A stretch of DNA of 52,341 bases, filler included, from Dimargaris cristalligena (taxonomy: Eukaryota), in assembly GCA_003614675.1 (NCBI GenBank). It is 3 parts of 3 records of this genome, joined end to end, with 100 filler letters (N's around TTAATTAATTAA, not from the genome) between each part and the next. Parts side by side here need not be neighbours in the genome. Positions count along the whole stretch, not along the records: positions 1 to 17,406 come from ML002804.1; positions 17,507 to 34,881 come from ML002806.1; 1 more part is not named here. One strand, given 5' to 3'. A model generated the notes under the pieces. The model saw nothing but the letters and a program-made list of their open reading frames with translations, was not told the DNA's origin and searched no databases. Shown here piece by piece: positions 11,410 through 23,045 of the stretch. Made by a program: the position numbers and the translations under genes. The first letter of the stretch is position 1. Each line of letters starts with the position of its first letter.

Positions 11410-12554
11410 GGCTCATTGGGGCCGGATATCCGTTGTAGGGAGGAGGAATGCTTAGGATTCATTACTACCAGGCTGCTGGTTTTATCCTAATAAATCCAAA
11501 TCACATGATTGCAATGGTGTCTCTAATATGGAGGCATTGTGGAGAGGAGAGCCAAAGGTTGACGGAGAGAGAGGTGGGATTGTTATTATAGGGCTGATTT
11601 ATATAATACCATCCATCTTCATACACAATCAAGCGAATATCCAAGAAGAATGGGTATGCATTATAGACGACCTCCTTCCCTTCATGTTCGCGAGGTAGTC
11701 CTATTAGTATATATATATATATTCTTTTGCTAGAGAGGACTGTAGGGAAGATACTAAAGGCGGTGGCGGTGGTGGTGTGTTTGGCTGGTATGCGGCAAGT
11801 AGATGGAGGAGGGACATCTCATTGGTATGGATATATCTTGTTTAATAAATGCGCGGCATAGGGGTGGTTTTCTCCCGCCTTCTCCGCTTGGGTGTTGTTT
11901 ATCTTCTTAAGGCGCATATACCCTTCTTCCCAACGCCTCCTAACTTGGTTTCACCTTTAATACCGCTTATCCAGACTCATCTCTCTCCATCTCCTTCTCT
12001 CTCTTTCATCCACTCTTTTTATATTTTAGTTTTAGTTTCGTTGGGCTTTTCATTCCTGTATTTCTCTCCATTGTTCGCGGTATTACTCTCTCGCTTTCTC
12101 CTGCTCGCCAGCCCTTCCCCACAACAGCCCTCCTTTTTTGCGTCACCCGTGAGCTGGCTCATCCGGTCGCTGGCTTAGAACTGCTTGCTTACTGAGCCTT
12201 GTTGGGTTCTTGCTTCCAGCTGCTGAGTTTCCCCCACCACTTCTGCACCCCCCTCCCCATCCGCCCCACTTGGCTGGCTACACCCCCCCTCTTCTCTTCC
12301 TCCTCCTTTTCCTCCCTCTTTCACTTTCTCTCCTATCCTTCTTTATACACTACCCGGGCCATTCTTCTGCGTGTACCGTTTCCCGTCCCCCATATTGTTT
12401 TTTCCCTACCTAGTCTACTCACCGCCTCCTTCTTCCAGCCACTGCTCTTCCTCTCTTCATCCTCCCTCTTTCTTCACCCATCTCTTCATCCTCATCCCTC
12501 CCTCTCTTTCCCCAGCATCTGCCAAGCCCCTTTCTCTTAAGCTCTTTAGCCACC

Positions 12555-13985
12555 ATGTCGACCACCAATCCTACCCCGCCCGCTCGCGAATCCCTGGACC
12601 TTCGGATCGGCAACAAATATAAATTAGGCCGCAAGATCGGCTCAGGCTCCTTCGGCGAAATCTACCTGGGAACCAACATCGTCACCAACGAAGATGTCGC
12701 CGTCAAACTCGAGCTGGTTAAAGCCAAACACCCGCAGCTCGAGTACGAGGCTAAGATCTACAAGAACCTGGCCGGCGGTGTGGGTATTCCGTTTGTGCGT
12801 CACTTTGGCGTGGAAAACCAGTACAACTGCATGGTCATTGACTTGCTAGGGCCTTCCCTGGAGGACCTCTTCAACTTCTGCGGCCGCAAATTCTCCCTCA
12901 AGACCGTCCTGCTATTGGCCGACCAACTGCTGTCCCGCATCGAATATATCCACAATAAGAACTACATCCATCGCGATATCAAACCTGACAATTTCCTGAT
13001 GGGCATCGGTCGCCGTACTAATCTAGTCCATGTCATCGATTTCGGCCTAGCCAAGAAGTACCGCGACCCCCGCACCCATATCCACATTGCATACCGCGAA
13101 AACAAGAACCTCACCGGTACCGCCCGCTACGCCAGTATCAACACCCATTTAGGTATCGAGCAGTCCCGGCGGGACGACCTCGAGTCCCTTGGCTACGTGC
13201 TCATGTACTTTCTGCGTGGCAACCTTCCGTGGCAGGGCCTCAAGGCCGTCACCAAGCGGCAAAAATACGACCGGATTATGGAGCGCAAAATGACCACCAC
13301 CACCGAGCAGCTCTGCCGGGGCTTCGCCAACGAGTTTGCCATCTACCTGAACTACACTCGCAGCCTTCGCTTCGACGACAAGCCCGACTACGCCTACCTG
13401 AAGCGCCTGTTTCGGGAGCTGTTTGTGCGGGAATCCCTCAAATACGACTACGTCTTCGATTGGACCATTTTTAAACAGGATCGCGACACCAGTAGCCGGG
13501 GTCTGCCTAGCACTACCAATGCCATCGCTAACCCGCGTGTAGGTGGCACCACCGCCGCCCACCCCGCCGCTGCCGAGGGCCCGGGCTCCAGCTTCCGCCG
13601 GACCGCCAATCCCCCCACCACTGGCGCCGGCCTGAGCTACTACCCGAGCAATCAGTACGCCGGCCTCTCCAATACAGCTGCCGCGGGAAGTCGTCCGGGC
13701 CTTACTCCCGTCTATAAGCCCGAAATACAGGCTGCCCGGGACCGGGCCGCTGAGCTCGAGGCACAGGAGGATGTGGGAGGCCTTATGGGTTCCGGCAATG
13801 CCGCCCGCAAAGTTATTCCGACCAGCGACCGGGTACTCCGTAGTAACGTCCGGGCCACCGCCACTCCGGGTGATCTTGGCCCCAGTAAACCGTTGGCTAC
13901 CTCAGCCAACCTGCACCGCTACCGCCCCTCCGAGGAGGAGATGCGGGCTACGGCCAATTACAACACGTATCACGCCTCGCGTTAA
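12555..13985 (+). CDS. HRR25: Casein kinase I, delta/epsilon (Hrr25/Hhp1) type
   Basis: [58 protein letters not shown]; low-complexity C-terminal tail without a terminal Cys-Cys; intronless 476 aa. Confidence 0.93.
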   Translation: MSTTNPTPPARESLDLRIGNKYKLGRKIGSGSFGEIYLGTNIVTNEDVAVKLELVKAKHPQLEYEAKIYKNLAGGVGIPFVRHFGVENQYNCMVIDLLGPSLEDLFNFCGRKFSLKTVLLLADQLLSRIEYIHNKNYIHRDIKPDNFLMGIGRRTNLVHVIDFGLAKKYRDPRTHIHIAYRENKNLTGTARYASINTHLGIEQSRRDDLESLGYVLMYFLRGNLPWQGLKAVTKRQKYDRIMERKMTTTTEQLCRGFANEFAIYLNYTRSLRFDDKPDYAYLKRLFRELFVRESLKYDYVFDWTIFKQDRDTSSRGLPSTTNAIANPRVGGTTAAHPAAAEGPGSSFRRTANPPTTGAGLSYYPSNQYAGLSNTAAAGSRPGLTPVYKPEIQAARDRAAELEAQEDVGGLMGSGNAARKVIPTSDRVLRSNVRATATPGDLGPSKPLATSANLHRYRPSEEEMRATANYNTYHASR

Positions 13986-16650
13986 CCCTCCCGCTTGTAT
14001 GCCCGCTTAATCACCCCGCCGAATCTACCCGCTCGAACACCGTAGACCCCCATTCCCGGCATCTTGTTCGTATCCTTTTCCATTCTTGGCCACCGCCCAC
14101 TTCATTCGTTACTCGAGCCATGTAGCCTTATATTGACTCCTATTCTGCACCCGGTTCGGCTGTTCACCTCTCTGTCTTTCTCCCTCCACCCGGAGCGAGC
14201 ACTATTGCGGGCCCTTGTATTTCATAAGCCCATAGCGCGAGCCTTTTTCTCGGCCCACCTAGTCCACCATTTTTTCTCAACTTAGATATTATTCCACTAT
14301 TACTCCCCCTCCTATACTGGGCCCTTGAGGCTAATGGCCCATTATCACTTTATGCTCCCATCTCTTCCTGCGATCAGACATTGCCATGGTTGTTGGCAGG
14401 CGACCAGGAAACCTCTAGAGTTTTGTGGTTAAAAAGCGCCCTGTCGCCCCACTGGCCTGACGAGGACTTGGCTTATTCCCACCCTCCACTTGCTGCTTTA
14501 TTAATCACCATGCTTTTCCTACCCATCATATACGATTTAACTCTCGCTGCTATGCGAATGCCCTTTTATCTCTATATTACCGCACTGGCCCCTTTGACCT
14601 GCCGTGTTGGTTTACTCCGCGTTTAGCCAATTGTTCAATGCACCTGCCTAGCCTATTTTATTATTTATCCCCCCCCCCCTTCAGTACACGTAGTTTATGG
14701 CTAATCCAACAGTTCTCTCTTTTATTCTATTTCAGGTGCCCATCCCATCTCGTTTGGTTATTATGGCGAGTCACAATGTTCGTTCGTTATCCCTTGGTTC
14801 TTTCCCACTACTCGGATATGTGCCCCTTTTTCCCTGTTGTTTCTTTCCGCTTCCCACCTATCCTTCTCTTCTCCACAACTGTACTCTGCATTGTAATTTT
14901 CCATACGCTACCCTTCTCCTACCCTTACCAACTACCACCTGATTACCGCCGTTTTTTTTGCCAATGATAAAAAATAAATCCCTCGTTACTTGTGTCAGTT
15001 GGGCGGCTATTCATGCTGAATTAATTGACCGAAATGCCCTCTTTTAAGGCACGCAAGGCTCATATCCCCTACCAGCTGGCAGCGGTGGCCGGATGTCCGA
15101 GTTATATACAGAGCCTCATGACAAATATATTACTTACCGGTTGCCCCTAGATGAGCGATCCTTATAGCACTCTATGGCACCGCTTAGAAAGACCCCTGAC
15201 CCTGGATAGACCTGCCCAAGGGAAGTGGTTTAGTTCCACGGTACAGCTAAGATCTCCGCTTAGTGTGACCAATTTTGCCGGCTATAGGTCATTTTATCAC
15301 TCCCACGTCATTCGAAATTCTTCTATACAACAGTCAAGTTTCGCCTGGATTATGCGTTATATTGGTTCGTGCTCTCCTTAATTTAAAACTACCCCCCGTT
15401 GTGAGGACGAACTGATCGAAATCAGGTCATTTGGGGGGAAATAATCCAACAGTCCACCGTTTGAGCTAATACTTTAAGGGAGTACAGATTGCTCGTCTCG
15501 TTGGTCTATTCTCTAGTCAGAAATAGCCAACCCAGGCGAGTTGGTTTTATAACGGGTGTACTTCCTTGTTAATGGATCATACTGATCGCCCCCCATTGAA
15601 GCGTTTATTCAGCCAAAGACGCCCCCCCCCATTTTCCCGTTGACCCCAGTGGGCTGTAGCCAGGAGGAGGTGACACACCCTTAGAAAATCCCTAGGTCTC
15701 CCCTTCAGTATCAGGCAATAGTTAGCTTTGTCGTGAGTAGACCAGTTGGCAGCGGTATCTATGTATGTCACTAAAGGTCGAATACTGAGGAGTAGAATGG
15801 TAGTATACCCGGCCCATTTAAGCTATTCGGACAGAGTGCCGATGAAAACAAGCCGATTACCCGTGTACTTCACAACCACCACTTCGACCCAAGGAACCCC
15901 CGGGCCATTGACGATTTTGAGTCCTAATATACAGGTAAAATCTAGTCACCGCCTAGGAACAGTTAGGTTTACGGTTAACCTAGGAGGATGGATCATCAAT
16001 AAATCACTTATTTTCAAGTGAATTTAGACGGTAATCCCTCCATGCCCCACGTATTCTAGCACCAGAGCAGACGATTGGCAATCCGAGCCCGCGCGATAAA
16101 GTCAGCCGCTTCCCAGTTCAGCGGTGGGTTGGTCTCATTAGTTACGGCCTCCTCAATGGACAACTGTTATTTTTACCTCTTATTCGAAAATCAAGCCAAT
16201 GTACCATTATAAATAGTGGTATTTTCAGCGGTAAAGCCGCGCCCTTTGCATAACATTTTTATTTATTAACGAAAAACTAGGGGAACCCGCTAGGAGTAGA
16301 GCAACTGGCTTAAAAAACAGATGGAAATATATTTCTCGACAAACAAAACGGCGGTATGGAAGCGCAACGGACGTAGAGGGGTTGGGAGGAGGTGATTGCT
16401 AAAAAGCGAGAGGAGAGAGGGATTAGTTTACACAGTGAACGAGAAGCCAGGGACATGTAGTCAGCGGCGGGACGAAAGGTCGAGGTAACCGGTCATTTCC
16501 GGGCAGCCTTATAAAATAATAATAGTAATAAAGCATCCGTCAAAGGACGATTACACAGAATAGGAGGGAATGTCCTAATAATTAAGTGTACAGGGAGACG
16601 GAGGGGGTAAGGTTGACTTAGATTGCGGGTGGTTGATATAATATAAGTGA

Positions 16651-17406
16651 ATGGGTGTGGATGTGGGTGTGATGGAGGGTAGTCGCGTCATTTTAATGCT
16701 GACTCGGGAAACGGAACGCAACCACACCGCTTGCCACCGCTACTGGCCCCAGTTGGGCGAGCCCGAGTCGCTCCAGATTGGCACCCATCTCACCGTAATG
16801 ATGGCCGCCGAGGGGTCCCTCCCCTCTGACCCTGAGATAACCATTCGCATCTTACGCCTGCGGAATACCGGGGGTGATAGGGGCGGTGGTATTGGCCACC
16901 GGGAATCGAAGACCTCGGTTCGGATAGTGGTTCAACTCCAATACACCGGCTGGCCCGATTTCGGGGCGCCTGCTAGTCCGGTTAGCGTATTACGCCTGCG
17001 TGACTTGGCGCGGCTTGTCCAGCCCGAATCCAGTTCGGACTCCCCCTGGATAGTGCACTGCAGCGCCGGGTGTGGACGCACGGGCGCCTTCTGCGTAATC
17101 GATGCCGTGTCCCGATGTCCGCCCACCCATACCGGCAACCCTGAGCACGACGACCCCATCTTCACCACGGTCAGCCATTTCCGCCAGCAGCGCACCTCCA
17201 TGGTTCAAAGTTCCGTCCAGTTTGCCTTTTGCTATGAAGCGTTGCTCTGGGAGCAGCTAGGAGACTATGACGCCCAGTCAATGATGCAAACTCTAACTCC
17301 TGTCCTCCAGGCCCTGCTGGTCCAGGCCGGGGCGACCGACCTTCTACCCCTCACAGCCGGTACTACCCCCGCCGCCCCGACCGCTAGCCTGACTTCGCCG
17401 TCCATG
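16651..17406 (+). CDS. Classical protein tyrosine phosphatase, partial (N-terminal half of the domain missing, 3' end in the gap)
   Basis: VILMLT, CHRYWP, WPD loop (YTGWPDFG), P-loop VHCSAGCGRTG, Q-loop QRTSMVQSSVQF; no KNRY or DYINA motifs upstream. Confidence 0.85.
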
Positions 17407-17506
17407 NNNNNNNNNNNNNNNNNNNNNNNNNNNNNNNNNNNNNNNNNNNNTTAATTAATTAANNNNNNNNNNNNNNNNNNNNNNNNNNNNNNNNNNNNNN
17501 NNNNNN
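17407..17506. other. Artificial contig linker (N-TTAATTAATTAA-N)
   Basis: Six-frame stop linker at 17451-17462 embedded in Ns. Confidence 0.95.
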
Positions 17507-17513
17507 TGAATGA

Positions 17514-17657
17514 ATATGGGTGAACTTCAACCCAACTGTATAAGATTTTACACAATATGTGAATGGGATAATATGTGGGAGAATAACTTTTGACCAGTAA
17601 TATTTACCTCATCAAATGGATTATTCGCTATACAGCCTGGATGAACTTCTGCCATAT
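17514..17657. mobile_element. ~144-bp MITE-like element, copy 2
   Basis: atatgggtgaacttcaacccaactgtata ... tatacagcctggatgaacttctgccatat; collinear with copies 1, 3, 4 and 5. Confidence 0.8.
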
Positions 17658-18919
17658 GAATGTATAAAATGAGGCTTTTTATAATCCCAGCCGAATCATT
17701 TCTTAATGCGCCATGATAGGTGCCATGTCTTTTTGGTTCGTCGAAATGCGGCTTATCCGTGCGTTTAATATATACAAATAATGACGCCTATATTCATTGC
17801 GTGGTTTAAGCTGCGGGACTACATTTAATTTTACCATTCTATGAATCGTAGATTTACTAGTAAATTTCAAGAGTAGCACACTGTAGCCAGCCTAGGAAAG
17901 AGCACCTGTTCAAGTGTAGGTAAGTGTGCCTCTTTCAGGCGTGGTCATACGCTAGGGTTACCCGATATCTTGATGGGTGTGTAAAGCTATGGTCTAACTA
18001 CCTAACTTCTGACTAATGCGGGAGGCAAAATAAAAAACCTTGGTGACCCAGCTTTTTAGTTAGGTTGATGTGGCAAGACTTAATTAATCCTCCCCTCCCC
18101 CGAAGTATTAATATGATGCAAGTTTAGCTTAAGAATGCAGCGAAAAGTCGGACTGGGAAGGATAGACTATACCACTTGGCCGTAATTAACTTACGTGGAT
18201 TTCCACTCCACCCCATATTGTATAAAGTGATGCATTGCCTCTCCTACATTAAATCTACTCCGCTGGATATTCTGGTTATCGAGATTTAGGTATTTTACAT
18301 CACCTATACACATAGTAAGGCTGTGACCAATGCACCTTCTCAATAAGTCTAAAAAAGAAGCGACTGAATCTGTCACCAGGCTGGTTTCCGCCATGGTACA
18401 TCTTATAGGCCTCTTAATGTGGGGCAAACGGGAAGCGAATTCCTATAAGGAGAGAGGGGACTTTTGGAGAACAAACCGCTGGCGGAAGGTGGAAATTGAA
18501 TATTTATCTGCAAATCAGGTTGAAGGCTTCTTTGTCAAGGCGAAGTCGATTACAGTGTAGGACGCCATTGCTGGTGGTTATGCTGCCACCAATGCCCTAG
18601 TTCAATAAATTATCTTAATAGTACGGTGGCTCATTTTAGGAAGATGGCCTAGACTCCATTTCATATTAGAGGCGAATGGAAATGGCAGCATAATGGACGG
18701 CCTGGCTTGACATGTCCATCCACACCCAGAAATACAATGCTTAATGATAAAGTGGCAGCTACGCCTCGGAGGACCTCCAAAAGAAAACGTAAAGAGGAAG
18801 GTGTACCTTCTTTATGTAATGACTTGCAGCCAGTAGCTGGTCGGACATTAAGAAGAACCATCCCTAAACGAACAGTGTAGATGGGAGGGGTGGAAAGACA
18901 AGAACGCTCTATATTTCGA

Positions 18920-18933
18920 CGCAATATATAAGC
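18920..18933 (+). promoter_or_regulatory. TATA-like box upstream of Argonaute; probable 5'-UTR intron starting at 19126
   Basis: aatatataag followed by a pyrimidine-rich leader; donor AAG|GTAAAG at 19126, CTGAC branch-like site at ~19160, acceptors at 19203 or 19302. Confidence 0.4.
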
Positions 18934-19315
18934 CAGCCGGGCCATCATCCAATGTCCGACAATTCAATTATCAGCTCCACCTTTACCTTCACACCCCTAA
19001 GCCCATATTTACTCACTATCACTCTCCTTCTCGTTAGCACCAACATACTGTAGCTTCCATCTTTACTCAACCACTCAGTTTTTCTATCCCTTTACCCAAC
19101 CACCCTCTCCCATCCACCTAAAAAGGTAAAGCCATCCCTGCCGATTATAATACACTTGACTGACCACTCAACGACATCGACATCTCATTTGACCCTTCCT
19201 TAGGGATAATCGCGACTCAATCATCGGCATATTGGCGGACAATTATTTTAACCTTTTTATTGCTATATAACTATACTTGGAATTGGCCTCATTGGTACAT
19301 AGAACCAATCCAGTC

Positions 19316-21880
19316 ATGGCTCAACAACGGCTCATCGCTCAGCGCCCCGGTTTCGGTAAAGCCGGTACTCCCATGCAGGTCAACGCCAACTTCCTGGAAA
19401 TCAAGTCGTTTGGCAAGGGAATCATCCACCACTACGACATCAAGCTCGTTCCCGAAGTCCCGGCCGAGTTGGGTCGCGAGGTTTTCCAGGCCCTCGAAGC
19501 CCAGCTGCGCCAAACTGTCTTCCAAGGGTCCTACCCCGTTTATGACGGCAAATACAACCTCTTCTCGCCCGTGCGCCTGAATCTTGACAACGGCAAGGGC
19601 ACTTTCGAGGTGTATTTGCCTCGGGACCAGAAGCGTCTCCAGAGTGCTCCCGGAGGTAAGGGTCCCAAGCCCTTCCAGGTGAACTTGAGTCACGTGGCCG
19701 AAATCAATTTGACCCTCCTGCACAATTTCGTGGCCGGACGCGTGGAGAACAGCCCCTCGATCCAGTCGGCCATCAACGCCCTCGATTTGGCATTCCATCA
19801 GCTGCCCGCCAGCCAGTACCCCGCCGCTAAAAACTCCTTCTATACGCCCCAGGGGAAACATGCCCTCTCGGGGGGTATGGAAGTGTGGTCGGGTCTGTTC
19901 CAGTCGGTGCGCCCCACCCTGGGTCGACTGCTCCTGAACGTCGACGTTAGCTCGACCGCGTTTTATTCCCCTGGCTCGCTGCTCACCTGCGTCACCCAGT
20001 CCGTCAACAAGCACAGTCCCAACGATCTGCTCAACCTGCGGGAGGCGGATTGGCGCAATGTGCACAAAATGATCAAGGGCATGCCCGTGACGTTGACCCA
20101 TCGCGTCGATGACACCCGGGTGGTGAAAGTCAAGGGTCTCAGCAACCGGGGCGCTGATAACACCATGTTCAATCTCCGCAACGAAAACGGCACCGAGACC
20201 AAAATGTCAGTGCTGAGGTACTTCACCGACCACCTGCGCGTCCAGATCCGCTACCCAAGTCTGCCCTGCGTGGAATTGAAGCGCGGTGCCATGGTGCCCT
20301 TGGAACTCTGCCAGGTCGTCGCGGGCCATCGCGTGATGCGCAAACTGGACGAGCGCCAAACGGCCGAAATGATCAAATTCACTTGCGTGCAGCCCCAGGA
20401 ACGTTTCAATCGCATTCGTAAACAAGCCGCCGAACTGCTTAAATTTGAGACGAACCCTTACCTGAAGGCGTTCGGAATCCAAGTCAGCCGGGACCTGCTC
20501 CGCATCGGTGCCCGGCAGCTGCCCCCACCCGTCGTGGTTTACGGCAAAAATTCCCGGGAGATGAACACCCGGCCCCGGGACGGTTCCTGGAACATGCGCG
20601 AGAAGTGCTTCGTGACGGGAGCTAAGATCTCGTCTTACGGTGTCCTAGTACTGGACCGCGATAGTGACCAGACCCGCAAGATGGTGGGTAGTTTCATGCA
20701 GCAATTCGACGATAACCTGTACAATACGGGTGTTGATTTGGTGGAAGCCCGTGCCCCCATTGTCTTTGGACATTTCATGAACAATATCGAGCAGAGCCTG
20801 GCCAAGGTATATGGGGAAGCCAAGCGCATCTTCCAGAAGCCCCCTCAGATCATTTATGTGTTCCTCAGCTCCACCGCTAGCGCCGTATACGGCGACATCA
20901 AGCGAATTTCGGATACTCGAATGGGAATCGTGACCCAGTGTATGCAACTGTCCAAGATTCGCAAACCCAACAACATCCAGTATATGGCCAATGTTGCGCT
21001 CAAGGTTAACGTGAAGCTGGGCGGTATCAACAGTCACCTAGAGCCGAAACAGACCGCGTTCCTATCCAACGGCTCGACCATGGTGATCGGTGCGGACGTG
21101 ACCCACCCGGCCCCCGGTAACAGCACTGACCCATCGATTGCCGCCGTCGTTGGCTCCGTGGATAACCTGGTGACTCGGTTCATCAGCGAAGTCAGCGTGC
21201 TGCCCCCGCGCACCGAAGTGATCAGCAACTTGTGCAGTACCGTGAACAAGATGCTCCAAAGCTTCCGGAAGATCAACAAAAACCTGCCCCGCCGCATTTT
21301 ATTCTACCGCGACGGTGTGTCGGAATCGCAATTCCAAACGGTTCTAACCCACGAACTGGCAGAAATCAAGAAGGCTGCCGTGTCGCTGTACGGTGCCCAG
21401 TCGGTGCCCATTACGTTCATCACCTGTCAAAAACGCCACCACGTGCGCTTTTGCCCGACCCAGAATAACAAGGCCGACCGCTCCGGTAACTGCCCGGCCG
21501 GTACGGTGGTGGACCGCGAAGTCACCCACCCTAAGGAATTCGACTTTTATTTACAGTCCCAGGGCGGTCTGCAGGGCACTTCCCGCCCTACCCGCTACGT
21601 TGTGCTGCACGACGATAATAAGTTTTCCGCGGATGATCTACAGCAGTTAACCAATCAAATGTGTTACCTGTTCCCCCGTTGCACCCGGTCGGTGTCCTTG
21701 TGTCCCCCCGTTTACTTTGCCGATTTGTTGGCGGCCCGGGCCCGCTACCACCGGGGTAGCCGTAGCGACTTCGAGGATAGCGCTAGCTTGGTGTCGTCCG
21801 CATCTACTACCGCCGTCCGTAATGGCATCCAGCTGGTCCCCGTGGTGGAGGGTCTGAAGCATGTTCTCTATTTTATGTAG
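19316..21880 (+). CDS. AGO: Argonaute (N, PAZ, MID, PIWI domains), intronless, 854 aa
   Basis: QRPGFGKAG..VNANF, LLLNVDVSSTAF, VPLELC, GIVTQC, NVALKVNVKLGGIN, GADVTHP, FYRDGVSE, QKRHH, GTSRPTRY, CTRSVS..PVYFADL, C-terminal LYFM; first ATG at 19316. Confidence 0.97.
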   Translation: MAQQRLIAQRPGFGKAGTPMQVNANFLEIKSFGKGIIHHYDIKLVPEVPAELGREVFQALEAQLRQTVFQGSYPVYDGKYNLFSPVRLNLDNGKGTFEVYLPRDQKRLQSAPGGKGPKPFQVNLSHVAEINLTLLHNFVAGRVENSPSIQSAINALDLAFHQLPASQYPAAKNSFYTPQGKHALSGGMEVWSGLFQSVRPTLGRLLLNVDVSSTAFYSPGSLLTCVTQSVNKHSPNDLLNLREADWRNVHKMIKGMPVTLTHRVDDTRVVKVKGLSNRGADNTMFNLRNENGTETKMSVLRYFTDHLRVQIRYPSLPCVELKRGAMVPLELCQVVAGHRVMRKLDERQTAEMIKFTCVQPQERFNRIRKQAAELLKFETNPYLKAFGIQVSRDLLRIGARQLPPPVVVYGKNSREMNTRPRDGSWNMREKCFVTGAKISSYGVLVLDRDSDQTRKMVGSFMQQFDDNLYNTGVDLVEARAPIVFGHFMNNIEQSLAKVYGEAKRIFQKPPQIIYVFLSSTASAVYGDIKRISDTRMGIVTQCMQLSKIRKPNNIQYMANVALKVNVKLGGINSHLEPKQTAFLSNGSTMVIGADVTHPAPGNSTDPSIAAVVGSVDNLVTRFISEVSVLPPRTEVISNLCSTVNKMLQSFRKINKNLPRRILFYRDGVSESQFQTVLTHELAEIKKAAVSLYGAQSVPITFITCQKRHHVRFCPTQNNKADRSGNCPAGTVVDREVTHPKEFDFYLQSQGGLQGTSRPTRYVVLHDDNKFSADDLQQLTNQMCYLFPRCTRSVSLCPPVYFADLLAARARYHRGSRSDFEDSASLVSSASTTAVRNGIQLVPVVEGLKHVLYFM

Positions 21881-23045
21881 GAGTACCCCACCCCTTTCCT
21901 TTTTTTCTTAGCACCACTGTGCTCATGACATGCCCTTGGGATTCCCGCTCTTTAGCGTACCATCTGTTTTGGTCCCAAGGTGAAGTATAAATAAACTCTC
22001 TTTTATCGTACCTGAACGCCAGCAGCATAGGCCTTTGGTTTTACAGCCCATCATGGCATAAACGTTCTTTGTTGATATACCAGTACATGCCTATGGTCAG
22101 ACCAAAGCATCGGAGGGAAGAGGGGGTTACAAGATTATCAGATAATGATAGTACGCTTTGAATTACACTTTTAATAAGGATCGTGTTGAACTGTCATGAA
22201 AACGGACTCCCATGAGATCAACGAATATAGTCGTGTCCCGGCTTAATGGGCGAAGGGGCTATTGCTTCCAACACGAAGCGACTTATAGTTTAATACCCAA
22301 TTCTTCTTTTTTAATTTTAGCCACTGACCTAAGTACCTGTCTATTTGGCGTACCATTTTTGACGGAACCTACGCTTTTATCTACCCATTGAAGCACGTTG
22401 TCTATCTTCACAGTGGTCGCTTTCTCCTTAATTGTCGTGAACCTATTAGTAAATGGCATTGCTAGCCAACGGAACACCGATGTATTTTCGATATATTTAT
22501 TTTTATTGTACTACTGGTACGATCGCCATTCGGTTGTTTCAATCCCAGAAATACAACCAGGGCTGGATAGATAGTTAACGGGTGCCTGGATGGGGGGGGG
22601 GAGAGGGCATGGCTGATAATCCAGAAATTTGGTATTTATAATCACATGTGTGCGAAAGAATGCATCACCTATTACTAGTGGCATTTTTGGGGAGTTTGTA
22701 TAGGCATTCCCCTACAACTGGTCCTGTCATTGACCTGAGCACCCCGATAAAAACCCCTGTTCCAGGCAGCGGCGAGAGGAGGTCGGCGAGTAGGGGTAAA
22801 GGAAAACACGTCACAGCTCTGGATTGGGGGAAGTTAGGTTAGTGTTATCCCAGCCAATCTCTACCGATTGGGGACATCTCGCCCGGGGAATGAGCTGTAC
22901 TCTACCCGGTGAATCTGGCCATTGAGATTCATGTCCATCAGTCTGGTTAGTGCCACCACCGTTGAATAGATTCCCCAATTCCAATACTTTCGATGGTCGC
23001 TTGTTGCTCTATTATCCATTCCTTTTCCCAACTTTAATCCTTACC

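Noticed and set aside
11849..12540. Hydrophobic Phe/Leu/Ser/Pro-rich ORFs upstream of CK1 (similar ones at 3388-3630 and 14064-14967)
   Set aside because: Translation artefacts of pyrimidine-rich UTRs
17451..17462. Palindromic TTAATTAATTAA within Ns (also at 34926-34937)
   Set aside because: Artificial six-frame-stop linker; also rules out any PTP-AGO or repeat-PPR neighbourhood claim
19289..20101. 270-aa antisense ORF over Argonaute (and similar antisense ORFs over SSZ1, CK1, the PPR genes and IST2)
   Set aside because: Mirror ORFs expected from strong GC3 codon bias in the sense gene; no recognisable domain
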